Positions 9,746 through 18,888 of a stretch of DNA of 38,419 nucleotides are shown piece after piece. Source of the stretch: Limnohabitans sp. (GTDB lineage Bacteria; Pseudomonadota; Gammaproteobacteria; Burkholderiales; Burkholderiaceae_C); the NCBI GenBank assembly GCA_041910735.1, contig JAYRQF010000018.1, positions 1-38,419 on the forward strand. Direction: 5' to 3'. The position numbers were made by a program, and so were the translations under genes. The notes below the pieces were generated by a model that was given only the letters and a program-made list of their open reading frames with translations, was not told the origin of the DNA and did not search any database. Each line of letters begins with the position of its first letter. The first letter of the stretch is position 1.

Positions 9746-10654
9746 ATGACCGAAAAGCCCGAAATCAATGGCCACCTGATGACGCAGTTGCGTGAAGACC
9801 TGCTCGACTCACTCGACGAAGAGTTCGAGCTGGAAATGGAGGACCGTCTGGGCGAGGACGCCGGGCGCTCCCCCGAAGCCGCCTCCAGCCGTATCCGCTA
9901 TTTCCGCGAGCTGCTGAGATTGCAGACCGAACTCATCAAGCTGCAGGACTGGGTGGTGCATTCGCGCCACCGCATGGTGATCCTCTTTGAAGGCCGTGAC
10001 GCCGCTGGCAAAGGCGGCGCCATCAAGCGCATCACCCAGCGTCTGAACCCGCGCGTGTGCCGCGTGGCCGCCTTGCCCGCCCCCAACGACCGCGAAAAAA
10101 CCCAGTGGTATTTTCAGCGCTACGTCTCGCACCTGCCTGCGGCCGGCGAGATCGTGCTGTTCGACCGCAGCTGGTACAACCGCGCCGGTGTCGAGAAAGT
10201 CATGGGCTTTTGCTCGGACGAGGAATACGAAGAGTTTTTCCGTTCGGTACCAGAATTTGAAAAGATGCTGGTGCGCAGCGGCATCCAGCTCGTCAAGTAC
10301 TGGTTCTCCATCACCGATGACGAGCAGCATGCCCGCTTTGTCGGTCGCATCCAGGACCCGCTCAAGCAATGGAAACTCAGCCCGATGGACCTGGAAAGCC
10401 GCCGCCGCTGGGAAGAGTACACCCGCGCCAAGGAAACGATGCTCGAGCGCACCCACATTCCCGAAGCGCCCTGGTGGATCGTGCAGGCTGTGGACAAAAA
10501 GCGTGCCCGCCTGAACTGCATCGACCACCTGCTCTCGCAGGTACCCTACCACGATATCCCGCACGCCGAGGTTCAGCTGCCCGCCCGTGTGCGCCACCCG
10601 GACTACATCCGCCATCCGGTCCCACCCGAGATGTTCGTGCCCGAGAAATACTGA
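9746..10654 (+). CDS. ppk2: Polyphosphate kinase 2
   Basis: Walker A FEGRDAAGKGG, QWYFQRY, Walker B LFDRSWYNR, lid WKLSPMDLES, DKKRARLNCI. Acidic N-terminus. Start at 9746 is inferred. Confidence 0.95.
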   Translation: MTEKPEINGHLMTQLREDLLDSLDEEFELEMEDRLGEDAGRSPEAASSRIRYFRELLRLQTELIKLQDWVVHSRHRMVILFEGRDAAGKGGAIKRITQRLNPRVCRVAALPAPNDREKTQWYFQRYVSHLPAAGEIVLFDRSWYNRAGVEKVMGFCSDEEYEEFFRSVPEFEKMLVRSGIQLVKYWFSITDDEQHARFVGRIQDPLKQWKLSPMDLESRRRWEEYTRAKETMLERTHIPEAPWWIVQAVDKKRARLNCIDHLLSQVPYHDIPHAEVQLPARVRHPDYIRHPVPPEMFVPEKY

Positions 10655-10669
10655 CACAGCGACGCCAAG

Positions 10670-10703
10670 CCGTCACGGCGACGTCACATTGAAGTCACAT
10701 AAT
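10670..10703 (+). promoter_or_regulatory. Pho box (three GTCAC half-sites) plus -10 upstream of ppx
   Basis: GTCAC at 10672, 10683 and 10694 (exact 11-bp period). CATAAT at 10698-10703 lies 10 nt after the second half-site. Confidence 0.8.
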
Positions 10704-10727
10704 GCATGGTGCAGTTTCCCCTTCGCC

Positions 10728-12230
10728 ATGCAGACCAAAAACCTCTTTGCCGCCATTGACCTCGGCTCCAACAGTTTCCGGCTCGAAATCGGCCGCCTCG
10801 AAAATGGCCACTTACGTCGGGTGGAGTACATCAAGGAAACCGTCCGTCAAGGCAATGGTCTGGACGCCGACCGCAACCTGACCGAAGAAGCCATGCAACG
10901 CGGCTGGGCCTGCCTGGCCCGTTTTGGCGAACGCATCGCCGGTTTCCGGGCCGCGCATGTACGGGCCGTGGCCACCCAAACCCTGCGTGAGGCCCGCAAC
11001 CGCGATGTATTCCTCGCTCAGGCCCGCAAGATTCTGGGTTTTCCCATCGAAGTGATCGCTGGCCGCGAAGAAGCACGCCTGATTTACCTGGGCGTCTCGC
11101 ACCTGCTGCCCGACAGCGACGAGCGACGCCTGGTGGTGGACATTGGCGGACGCTCCACCGAACTCATCGTGGGTCAGGGCCATGTGCCGCAGACGCTGGA
11201 GTCGTACCGGGTGGGCAGCGTCGCCTGGTCGATGAAGTACTTTCCCAACGGCCAGTGGACGGCGACCGCTTTCAAGACCGCCGAAATCGCCGCCAAAGCC
11301 ATCCTCGACGAAGCCCTGAGCCACTACCCCCGCAGCAGCTGGGACCAGGCCTATGGCTCGTCCGGCACGATTGGCGCGGTGGCCGACGCGCTGCAGGCCA
11401 ACGGCTGGCCCGAGGGCATCATCACTCCCGAGGCTCTGGACTGGCTGGAAGAAAAACTCGTCAAGGCACAGCGTCCCGAAAACTTGCGCCTGGAAGGCAT
11501 CAAGGACGATCGACGGCCAGTGCTGGGCGGCGGTCTGGCCGTGCTGCGAGCCGTGTTCGACCTGCTGCAGATTGAGGAGATGCGACCAGCCCAGGGCGCC
11601 CTGCGCCACGGCGCGCTGTTTGATCTGATCGACCGCGAGAACCCGCAAACCGATGTGCGCACCCGCATGGTCGACTGGCTGGCCCGCCATTTCGGTGCCG
11701 ACTCAGCTCAAGGCGAGCGCGTGGCGCGCACCGCCATGCGCCTGTATGAACAGGCCATGCACGGCCCGGTCACCGAAGATGAGAAAGAACGCAGCCTGCG
11801 CAAACTCCAGTGGGCCGCCCAGGTGCACGAGATCGGCATGCAGATCTCGCACAGCGACTACCACAAGCACGGCGCCTACATCCTTGAAAACACCGACCTG
11901 CAGGGCTTCACGGTGGACGAGCTGCACCGCCTGGGTCTGCTGGTGCTGGGCCACCGCGGCAAGCTGCGCAAGCTCGAAGACCCGATCGACGACCCGGTTT
12001 TCGTGCTGCAATTGCTCGCCTTGCGGCTGGCCGTGATCCTGTGCCACGCGCGGCGGGAGCCCGGTCTGCAGGGCATTCACCTGCAAAAAGACCCGCATGC
12101 ATCGACGTACCGTTTGATCTTGCCACCGGGCTGGGACAACCAGTACCCGCAATCCGCGCACCTGCTGCGCGAGGAGTGCGTGGCCTGGCAAAAGTCACCC
12201 TGGCGAACCCATTTGCGGCTGGTCAGCTGA
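10728..12230 (+). CDS. ppx: Exopolyphosphatase (Ppx/GppA family)
   Basis: AAIDLGSNSFRL, VATQTLREARN, GREEARLIYLGV, VVDIGGRSTELI, GALRHG and a C-terminal HD-like HEIG...YHKHGAYI domain. Confidence 0.95.
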   Translation: MQTKNLFAAIDLGSNSFRLEIGRLENGHLRRVEYIKETVRQGNGLDADRNLTEEAMQRGWACLARFGERIAGFRAAHVRAVATQTLREARNRDVFLAQARKILGFPIEVIAGREEARLIYLGVSHLLPDSDERRLVVDIGGRSTELIVGQGHVPQTLESYRVGSVAWSMKYFPNGQWTATAFKTAEIAAKAILDEALSHYPRSSWDQAYGSSGTIGAVADALQANGWPEGIITPEALDWLEEKLVKAQRPENLRLEGIKDDRRPVLGGGLAVLRAVFDLLQIEEMRPAQGALRHGALFDLIDRENPQTDVRTRMVDWLARHFGADSAQGERVARTAMRLYEQAMHGPVTEDEKERSLRKLQWAAQVHEIGMQISHSDYHKHGAYILENTDLQGFTVDELHRLGLLVLGHRGKLRKLEDPIDDPVFVLQLLALRLAVILCHARREPGLQGIHLQKDPHASTYRLILPPGWDNQYPQSAHLLREECVAWQKSPWRTHLRLVS

Positions 12231-12378
12231 GTCCGTACTGACCATGAAAGCCAGCGCCGAGGCATGGTCCCGGCGCATTTCCTGGTCACGGCACCGGGAT
12301 AAGCAAATCAAGATCAAATGAAAAGGCTGAGATCCGCAATAAAGAACTCAGCTCTTGAAACCCAGGTCGGTTCACTTC

Positions 12379-12413
12379 ATCAACTTACCGGACTGAGAGT
12401 CCGGTAAGTTGAT
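12379..12413. terminator. Perfect 16-bp hairpin between the convergent ppx and PhoX-like genes
   Basis: ATCAACTTACCGGACT-GAG-AGTCCGGTAAGTTGAT, 5 nt past the stop codon of the 12419-13921 gene. Confidence 0.7.
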
Positions 12414-12418
12414 CGGTT

Positions 12419-13921
12419 TTAGAAGGACATCAGCAACAGTTGTCCACCCTCAACCAGCTCAGTGGCATTGGCGCCTGAGGCGGCCAGGTGACTTTGAACG
12501 GTCAGCAGGAAGTATTTGCGACCATCGCCGCGCCCAAGCAAAGTGGTCACGTCAATCACGCCCGAAGACTCTTCATCCTTGGTTAGACTTCCTGTCACGT
12601 TGGTGTAATAGTCACCAAAACGGGCTTCATCGTGCTGCGCCAGCAGTGTCAGCGCCTTGGTACTGGGTACGCATTTCCAGATTTTGGCGTTGTGTTTGTT
12701 ATTTCCCGGGTCCTCCTGGAGGATCAGGTCACCCGTGCTGGTGATGGTCATGTTGTCAAACATTTGTGGCCCATGAACCCTGCCGCTGACTGTCACAGTC
12801 TCTGTTCCATCAAGGATCATTTCAATGATGCCCCCAAGCTGCGGGCGAGAGATGTCCGTAAAAGTCATTGCCCATACGCGGGTACGTCCGACTGCTGTGG
12901 CATCCGGGTTGTTACCATCCTTGGTGGCATCCATCGTATTGGTGGTGACAAAGTAGTAACGGTTGGGATTGACCGTATCCCACACACCGTCTTCTGGACG
13001 CAGGAAGGCTGTGCCCTTCGTGGTGTCGGCAAGATCACTGGACAAGGTAAATGTGCCAGCACCGTTCACCAAACCCAGGCCGGCGTCAGCAGCAGTGGTT
13101 TCAGTGGCAGCACCATTTACCAGCACGCGGTACATGGTGCCACCAATCAAACCGGCCTTCTCCACCTCATTGCCGGTGCTTGCTTTCGCACCCACATACA
13201 GATACACGCCGTTGTAGCCGCCATCGGAGTTGGCCATGACAATGGTTTTGTCGCCAGCGTTCGGATGTGCAAGCAAGTTTTCCCAGCCTACATTGCTCAT
13301 CGTGGCCCAGGGCAGCACATAGGATTTTCCCTTGTCTGCTCCTGTAGCCACATGCGCAACACCCCTGCTCGGATATGCTGAAGCTTCTTCCCCGTTCAAA
13401 AAAATACGGGCAGAAGTCCCTTTGCCAGTAGCAGTGTTGTAGTAGGCGCCGGTCGCTGCCAGATCGGCTGAGCAAAAACGGTTGAAAGCCACTGTGCCAG
13501 CCGTCCATGTGCTGCCGCTCAGCGTATACACCGTCTTGATCAGGTCAGCTCCAGAACTCACGGCCAAAGTTTGTTTATTGATACTCCACTCCGAAACAAA
13601 CGCGCCAATACTGCCATGCGCACGCGCGATACCTTTGTCTGCGCCCAACTCGTGGTTCATGAGCACGGTGATCGTGCCGTTCCCGTTGTCGTATGCACCG
13701 AGACCATCGGGAATACCAACCATTCGGTAGCCACCTACCGCATCACCTACCGTCAAGATCGAAGCAAACTGCAGGCCGGCCTGAATGGGTGTCAGGTATG
13801 GCGTCTGGCTGCTGTTCGGCCCGGTGCCTGTGACCAAAGCTGCCGCAGCCGACGAGTCACCGCCACATGCCGTCAACGCTGCCATCGATCCAACAGTACT
13901 TAAAAATGTTCTACGCTTCAT
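12419..13921 (-). CDS. Tat-exported lipoprotein, PhoX/DUF839-like beta-propeller phosphatase (putative)
   Basis: KRRTFL Tat motif and LTAC lipobox. Motifs PDGLG, MNHE, RFCSA, NGEE, WEN, RPEDG, FDN, QED, ESSG occur in the same order as the PhoX metal-ligand motifs. Preceded by a Pho box. Confidence 0.7.
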   Translation of the reverse strand: MKRRTFLSTVGSMAALTACGGDSSAAAALVTGTGPNSSQTPYLTPIQAGLQFASILTVGDAVGGYRMVGIPDGLGAYDNGNGTITVLMNHELGADKGIARAHGSIGAFVSEWSINKQTLAVSSGADLIKTVYTLSGSTWTAGTVAFNRFCSADLAATGAYYNTATGKGTSARIFLNGEEASAYPSRGVAHVATGADKGKSYVLPWATMSNVGWENLLAHPNAGDKTIVMANSDGGYNGVYLYVGAKASTGNEVEKAGLIGGTMYRVLVNGAATETTAADAGLGLVNGAGTFTLSSDLADTTKGTAFLRPEDGVWDTVNPNRYYFVTTNTMDATKDGNNPDATAVGRTRVWAMTFTDISRPQLGGIIEMILDGTETVTVSGRVHGPQMFDNMTITSTGDLILQEDPGNNKHNAKIWKCVPSTKALTLLAQHDEARFGDYYTNVTGSLTKDEESSGVIDVTTLLGRGDGRKYFLLTVQSHLAASGANATELVEGGQLLLMSF

Positions 13922-13955
13922 ATCAACTCCAGTTGTGAATGATCAATACACAAAC

Positions 13956-13998
13956 AGTTTGATTGCGTTCTGTGACATGCATTCGAAAGAAAAATGTC
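13956..13998 (-). promoter_or_regulatory. Pho box plus -10 upstream of the PhoX-like gene
   Basis: Minus strand GACAT-ttttct-TTCGA-atgcat-GTCAC (11-bp phase), then 10 nt, then CAAACT. Confidence 0.6.
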
Positions 13999-14059
13999 AG
14001 GCAAGTTGCAACGGGAAAATCGAGGCCCCGTTTGACCCGGATCTCCAGCATCAATACTG

Positions 14060-14088
14060 GAAACGGTATAAACTGTATATACCGTTTC
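14060..14088. promoter_or_regulatory. Perfect 11-bp inverted repeat, putative operator
   Basis: GAAACGGTATA-N7-TATACCGTTTC immediately before the GGAGA RBS of the 14100 gene. Confidence 0.6.
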
Positions 14089-14099
14089 AAGGAGATTCC

Positions 14100-14513
14100 A
14101 TGACCACTGCCACACCCGCCAAGAAAAACACATCCCCAACGCCTGTCAAAAAAGCCGTCAAAGCCCCTGCAAAAGCCCCCGTCAAGGCTGCTCGGACTGT
14201 TGCCAAAACAGCCCCCGCCACCACCAAAGCCGTGACAGCCAAGCCTGCACCGGCCACGCCTGCCAAGGCTGACAAGAAGAAAGACAAGCCTGAGAAGGTC
14301 AAGGTGGTGCGCGACAGCTTCACCATCCCCAAGGCCGAATACGCCCAGATCGCCGCCATGAAAAAGCGCGCCATGGAGCTGGGTCTGGAAGTCAAAAAGA
14401 GTGAGTTGCTGCGCGCTGGTCTGGCCCTGCTGGCCGCCACGTCCGAAGCAGCTTTCCGCAAGGCGCTGGGCAATGTGCCCACGCTCAAGACGGGCCGCCC
14501 CGGCAAGGCCTGA
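14100..14513 (+). CDS. Lys/Ala/Pro-rich (histone H1-like) protein with a putative ribbon-helix-helix C-terminal domain
   Basis: ATG 14100 with GGAGA RBS. N-terminal AKKA/PAK low-complexity tract, then VVRDSFTIPKAEY...KKSELLRAGL (beta-alpha-alpha pattern). Confidence 0.75.
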   Translation: MTTATPAKKNTSPTPVKKAVKAPAKAPVKAARTVAKTAPATTKAVTAKPAPATPAKADKKKDKPEKVKVVRDSFTIPKAEYAQIAAMKKRAMELGLEVKKSELLRAGLALLAATSEAAFRKALGNVPTLKTGRPGKA

Positions 14514-14975
14514 TCAGAGTTTTTCGGGCGTCATGACCGACAGTATTACCGTCTGGTTCTGTCCTTCGCGCTGGCGGCTGCGCAGCCACCACACGGCGCC
14601 CTTGCGAATCGCCATAGGCTCTGTGCCCATACCAAACAGGTGCGACACCACCGCCCCCAGCGTGGGCTGGTGGCCCACCACCAGTACCGGGTATTTGGCT
14701 TGCGGCCAGCCAGCCGTTTCCAGCACATCCTGCACCGACGCACCCGGGGCCAGCGCGTCGCGGATTTTGTATTTGCGCTTCAACGCCTGAACCGTCTGTT
14801 CGGCCCGCACCGCAGGGCTGCAGAGAACCCGCACCCCCTCGGGCAACTGCTGTTCCAGCCACTTCGCCATGCGCTCAGCGTGTTTCTCGCCCCGTGGCGT
14901 AAGCCGACGACCCAGATCGTGCTCATCCTCATGAGGGTCATGCGCTTCAGCGTGCCGCCAAAGAATCAGGTCCAT
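14514..14975 (-). CDS. sixA: SixA-type histidine phosphatase family protein
   Basis: LILWRHAEA (RHG-like motif), RRLTPRG, SPAVRAEQT, VVGHQPTLG. Starts 1 nt after the ppk1 stop, with a GGAGA RBS. Confidence 0.85.
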   Translation of the reverse strand: MDLILWRHAEAHDPHEDEHDLGRRLTPRGEKHAERMAKWLEQQLPEGVRVLCSPAVRAEQTVQALKRKYKIRDALAPGASVQDVLETAGWPQAKYPVLVVGHQPTLGAVVSHLFGMGTEPMAIRKGAVWWLRSRQREGQNQTVILSVMTPEKL

Positions 14976-14976
14976 C

Positions 14977-17070
14977 TCAGTCTCCACGGTTCATGTACCG
15001 GTTGGCCAGCGCCTGCTGGGCACCTGGTTTGCGGCCTGCACGAACCACCGCTTCATAGCGGCCCTCGGCGTTCATGTCCCAGGCGTCGCGCTGGTCCATC
15101 AGGTAGGCAGTCAGGCATTCGTCCATGACACGCTGGCGCAGCACCGGATTGTCCACCGGCCAGGCCACCTCGACGCGACGCATCATGTTGCGGTTCATCC
15201 AGTCGGCACTCGACAGGTAAAGCGCGTCCTGCTCACCCGCGCGGAAATAGAACACCCGCGAATGCTCCAGAAAGCGGCCGATCACCGACCGCACCCGGAT
15301 CTTGTCGGTCTGCCCCGGGATGCCAGCCGGCAGCATGCAGGCCCCGCGCACGATCAGGTCGATCTGGACACCGGCCTGCCCGGCCTCCATCAAAGCTTCA
15401 ATCAGCACCTGATCGGTCAACGCATTCATCTTGAGGATGATCCGCGCGTCTTTGCCCTGTCGGGCCGCTGCGGCGGTCTGCTCGATCCAGCGCAGCATGC
15501 GCGCATGAAGATGGAAGGGTGCCACCAGGAGTTTTTGCATGCGGCGCAACGGATTCTGGCTGGCCAGGTGCATGAACAATTCGTCCATGTCGGCCGTGAT
15601 CCGGGCATCGGCGGTCAGAAAGCTGATGTCGGTGTACAGGCGCGCCGTGCGCGGGTTGTAGTTACCGGTGGACAGGTGCCCGTAGCGGCGCAGGCGTTTG
15701 CCCTCGCGCCGCGTGACCAGCAGCATCTTGGCGTGGGTCTTGAGTCCCACCACACCATAAACCACCTGCACGCCAATGGCTTCGAGCTGTTCGGCCCAGT
15801 TGATGTTGGCCTCTTCGTCAAAGCGGGCCTTGAGTTCCACCACAGCCGTCACTTCCTTGCCACGGCGCACGGCTTCGCGCAGAAGGTCCAGCATGACCGG
15901 GTCACTGCCTGTTCGGTAAATGGTCTGTTTGATGGCCAGCACTTCCGGGTCGCGCACGGCCTCGCGCAGAAAAGCCAGTACCCCATCGAAACTCTCGAAA
16001 GGCTGATGGATCAGCACATCTTCCTTGCGCAGATGCGCGAGGATGGACGCCACGCCGCGCAACTGGTGCGGCAACGAAGCCTTCCAGGGCGGGAACAGCA
16101 GGTTGGGGCGTGCGGCCAGATCGATGAACTGCGTGAGCCGTACCAGATTCACCGGCCCGTTGACCCGCAGCAAGGCCTGATGCGGCAACTCAAGCTGCTG
16201 CAGCAGAAAGTCGGAGAGTTGTTCGGAACAACTTGAAGACACCTCCAGACGCACCGCCTGACCATAGTTGCGATGCTGGAGGCCCTGGCGCAGGGCCATG
16301 CGCAGGTTCACCACATCGTCTTCGTCCACCGACAGATCGGAGTGGCGGGTCACGCGGAACTGAGAGAATTGATCCACTTCGCGCCCCGGAAACAGCTGCG
16401 AAAGGTGCGCGCGGATCACGCTGGACAGGAGCACAAAGGCCTTGCCCCCACCAGCCAGCCGTTCGGGCAGCTCGATCACGCGCGGCAGCACGCGCGGCAC
16501 CTTGAGAATGGCAATCTCGTTGTGACGCCCAAAGGCATCCCTGCCACGCAGATGGATGATGAAGTTGAGCGATTTGTTGGCCACCTGCGGCAGCGGATGG
16601 GCCGGGTCGATGCCCACCGGAACCAGCAATGGTTTGACCTCTCGGTTGAAGTAGGACTGCACCCACTGGCGCTGCTCCTCGTTGCGCTCACCGTGCGAGA
16701 GGATGCGGATGCCCTCTTTCCTGAAAGCCGGCAGGAGAACATGGTTGTAGAGCCGGTACTGCTCATCGACCATCGCACGGGCGCTGCCCATGATCTTTTC
16801 CAGATGCGCCGGCAGGTGCTCGCCTTGACCTGAGGCCAGCGCAGCTTCCACATGCGGCGCCACGCGCACTTCAAAAAATTCATCGAGATTGGAGGAGACG
16901 ATGCACAAGTATCGCAGTCGCTCCAGCAGCGGCACATCCTTGCGGCGCGCCCAGTCCAGCACGCGCTCGTTGAAGGCCAGAATGCTCAGATCGCGGTCGA
17001 GCAATGCGGGAAGGCCGCTGGGCGAAGCGCTGGAAAGAACGGCTGGAACAGCCATGGAAGCATCCGTCAA
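14977..17070 (-). CDS. ppk1: Polyphosphate kinase 1
   Basis: LSILAFNERVL, SSNLDEFFEVR, DPAHPLP, IKQTIYRTG, ELKARFDEEANI, LKTHAK, STGNYN, GRFLEHSR, SADWMNRN. Start is TTG 17070 or ATG 17055. Confidence 0.97.
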   Translation of the reverse strand: MTDASMAVPAVLSSASPSGLPALLDRDLSILAFNERVLDWARRKDVPLLERLRYLCIVSSNLDEFFEVRVAPHVEAALASGQGEHLPAHLEKIMGSARAMVDEQYRLYNHVLLPAFRKEGIRILSHGERNEEQRQWVQSYFNREVKPLLVPVGIDPAHPLPQVANKSLNFIIHLRGRDAFGRHNEIAILKVPRVLPRVIELPERLAGGGKAFVLLSSVIRAHLSQLFPGREVDQFSQFRVTRHSDLSVDEDDVVNLRMALRQGLQHRNYGQAVRLEVSSSCSEQLSDFLLQQLELPHQALLRVNGPVNLVRLTQFIDLAARPNLLFPPWKASLPHQLRGVASILAHLRKEDVLIHQPFESFDGVLAFLREAVRDPEVLAIKQTIYRTGSDPVMLDLLREAVRRGKEVTAVVELKARFDEEANINWAEQLEAIGVQVVYGVVGLKTHAKMLLVTRREGKRLRRYGHLSTGNYNPRTARLYTDISFLTADARITADMDELFMHLASQNPLRRMQKLLVAPFHLHARMLRWIEQTAAAARQGKDARIILKMNALTDQVLIEALMEAGQAGVQIDLIVRGACMLPAGIPGQTDKIRVRSVIGRFLEHSRVFYFRAGEQDALYLSSADWMNRNMMRRVEVAWPVDNPVLRQRVMDECLTAYLMDQRDAWDMNAEGRYEAVVRAGRKPGAQQALANRYMNRGD

Positions 17071-17089
17071 AAAGTCAGTTCAATGACAG

Positions 17090-17123
17090 ATTCTGGTCAG
17101 CAGTTATGACAGGCTTGTGACAG
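17090..17123 (-). promoter_or_regulatory. Near-consensus Pho box plus -10 upstream of ppk1
   Basis: Minus strand CTGTCACAAGCCTGTCAT (17123-17106), then 10 nt, then CAGAAT. Confidence 0.85.
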
Positions 17124-17131
17124 CCCTTGGG

Positions 17132-18022
17132 TCAAGCAACCACCTGCAGCGCAGAATGGATCCGCCGCCTGCTGACAGTGGTACTGGCCCAGTGCACGAT
17201 TTCAAGCCGTCCGTCCATGTGCTCGACCAGCGCGGTGCGGCTCTCCACCCAGTCACCATCGTTGCAGTACAACACCCCCTCGACAGTCCTGATCTCGGCG
17301 TGATGGATGTGTCCGCACACCACACCGTCAAACCCCCGACGCCGCGCTTCCAGAGCCACTGCCTTCTCAAAATCCGAGATGAAATTGACGGCCTTCTTGA
17401 CCTTGAGTTTGAGGTAGGCTGAAAGAGACCAGTACTCCAGGCCCATGCGCGCACGGATGCGATTGACATGGCGGTTGATCCTCAGGGTCAGTTCGTAGAG
17501 CCAATCGCCCACGTAAGCCAGCCATTTGGCGTACTGGATGACGCCATCAAACAGGTCACCGTGGACAACCCACAGACGCTGGCCAGTGGCCGTCACATGG
17601 GTCGTATCCTGCTGCACGTCCACACCACCAAAGGCATGACCAACAAAGTGACGTGCAAATTCGTCATGGTTGCCAGGAACGTAGACCACGCGGCACCCCT
17701 TGCGGGCACGTCGCAGCAGCTTTTGAACCACATCGTTGTGGCTTTGCGGCCAGAACCAGCGGCGCCGCAACTGCCATCCGTCCACGATGTCACCCACCAG
17801 ATACAGCATGTCACTGGGGTGGTGCTTGAGAAAATCCATCAGCGCTTCGGCCTGAAAACCCGGCGTACCGATGTGCAGGTCAGAAATGAAGATGGCGCGG
17901 TATCGCGGTACCTCGTGTACCTCATCGCGCTCGTGCTCTGCCCTGCCACTGTCCAGCCCTGAAGGGTATCCGAGACGGGTGTGCAGCAGACTCGCCCCGG
18001 CACAAGGCATGTCTGCCTTCAT
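17132..18022 (-). CDS. plcP: PlcP-like metallophosphoesterase (LpxH/UDP-2,3-diacylglucosamine hydrolase family), likely phospholipase C
   Basis: FISDLHIG, LVGDIVDGW, PGNHDE, HGDLFD, CGHIHHA, NDGDWVESRTALVE. ATG 18022 follows the upstream stop (TGA-C-ATG). Lies in Pho and lipid gene context. Confidence 0.8.
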   Translation of the reverse strand: MKADMPCAGASLLHTRLGYPSGLDSGRAEHERDEVHEVPRYRAIFISDLHIGTPGFQAEALMDFLKHHPSDMLYLVGDIVDGWQLRRRWFWPQSHNDVVQKLLRRARKGCRVVYVPGNHDEFARHFVGHAFGGVDVQQDTTHVTATGQRLWVVHGDLFDGVIQYAKWLAYVGDWLYELTLRINRHVNRIRARMGLEYWSLSAYLKLKVKKAVNFISDFEKAVALEARRRGFDGVVCGHIHHAEIRTVEGVLYCNDGDWVESRTALVEHMDGRLEIVHWASTTVSRRRIHSALQVVA

Positions 18023-18023
18023 G

Positions 18024-18857
18024 TCAGTGCGCCCCGAGAAAATGCTTGCGGTAGCGGGACGGCAGATCATCAACACGCATCATCATCGGCAGATCGGCGG
18101 TATTGAAGTCAGGATCCCACGCCGGTGCCCCCAGAATTTTGGCGCCCAGTCGCAAGTAACCTTTGATCAGCGCCGGAGGCTCCACCGCCAGGGTCTGGTC
18201 AAGCTCGTCCACCGGCAGTGGCAGACGCGGGAACACCTGGTGTTCGATGGGCGCCAGATGGCTCTGGCGCAGCTGGTGCCAGATGCTGGCGGCCAGATCG
18301 CCGCTGACCACGCCGTTGTGCAGCATCGGGATGCTGGCACAACCGATCATGGTGTCGAGCTGGTTGCGCACCATGAACTCGAACAACGCACCCCACAAAG
18401 CCATGATCACACCACCGTGGCGGTGCTCGTGGTGCACACAGCTGCGACCCAGCTCCACCATCTTGCTGCGCACGCTGCGCAGGCGCACCAGATCGAATTC
18501 GGTGTCACTGTAGGTGCTGCCCACGCGTTTGGCCTGCGCCGGCGTGAGCACTCGGTAGGTACCCACCACCTGGCGGGTGGCGGCATCGCGCACCAGCAGA
18601 TGTTCGCAATAGTCGTCAAACAGGTCGATGTCGTGATCCGGCAGCGCCGTGTTCAGGCGCGCGCCCATCTCGCCGGCAAATACCGCGTACCTCAGACGCT
18701 GGGCTTCACGGACTTCGTCCAGGTGCCGAGCCCACTGGACTTCGATGCCGCCAGCGACCGCAGGCGCAACCACCCGGGGCGTGGAAGCCGGATGAAGTGA
18801 CCCCCTGGGCAGATGGATCGGGGACAGCGCGAAGGTGGGATTGGGCAGATCTTTCAT
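18024..18857 (-). CDS. olsB: GNAT-fold N-acyltransferase, OlsB (lyso-ornithine lipid synthase) family
   Basis: AQRLRYAVFAGEMGA, DLFDDYCEHLLV, VVGTYR, YSDTEFDL, ELGRSCV, IGCASI, PALIKGYLRLGA, DPDFNTAD. Confidence 0.8.
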   Translation of the reverse strand: MKDLPNPTFALSPIHLPRGSLHPASTPRVVAPAVAGGIEVQWARHLDEVREAQRLRYAVFAGEMGARLNTALPDHDIDLFDDYCEHLLVRDAATRQVVGTYRVLTPAQAKRVGSTYSDTEFDLVRLRSVRSKMVELGRSCVHHEHRHGGVIMALWGALFEFMVRNQLDTMIGCASIPMLHNGVVSGDLAASIWHQLRQSHLAPIEHQVFPRLPLPVDELDQTLAVEPPALIKGYLRLGAKILGAPAWDPDFNTADLPMMMRVDDLPSRYRKHFLGAH

Positions 18858-18888
18858 GGCATGTCTCGCTGAAGCTTCAATGGCATAA

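Noticed and set aside
12231-12418. Possible sRNA or mobile-element scar beside the AT-richer gene
   Set aside because: Apart from the 16-bp hairpin, I found no terminal inverted repeats, target duplication, transposase remnant or recognisable RNA family.
13785-14099. N-terminal extension of the basic protein (242-aa ORF)
   Set aside because: It overlaps the opposite-strand gene and its promoter. A clear GGAGA RBS supports ATG 14100.
17132-18022. Calling the phosphoesterase lpxH (lipid A synthesis)
   Set aside because: The GDIVDGW and NDGDWVES motifs and the linkage to Pho boxes, olsB and GT4 fit the PlcP subfamily better.
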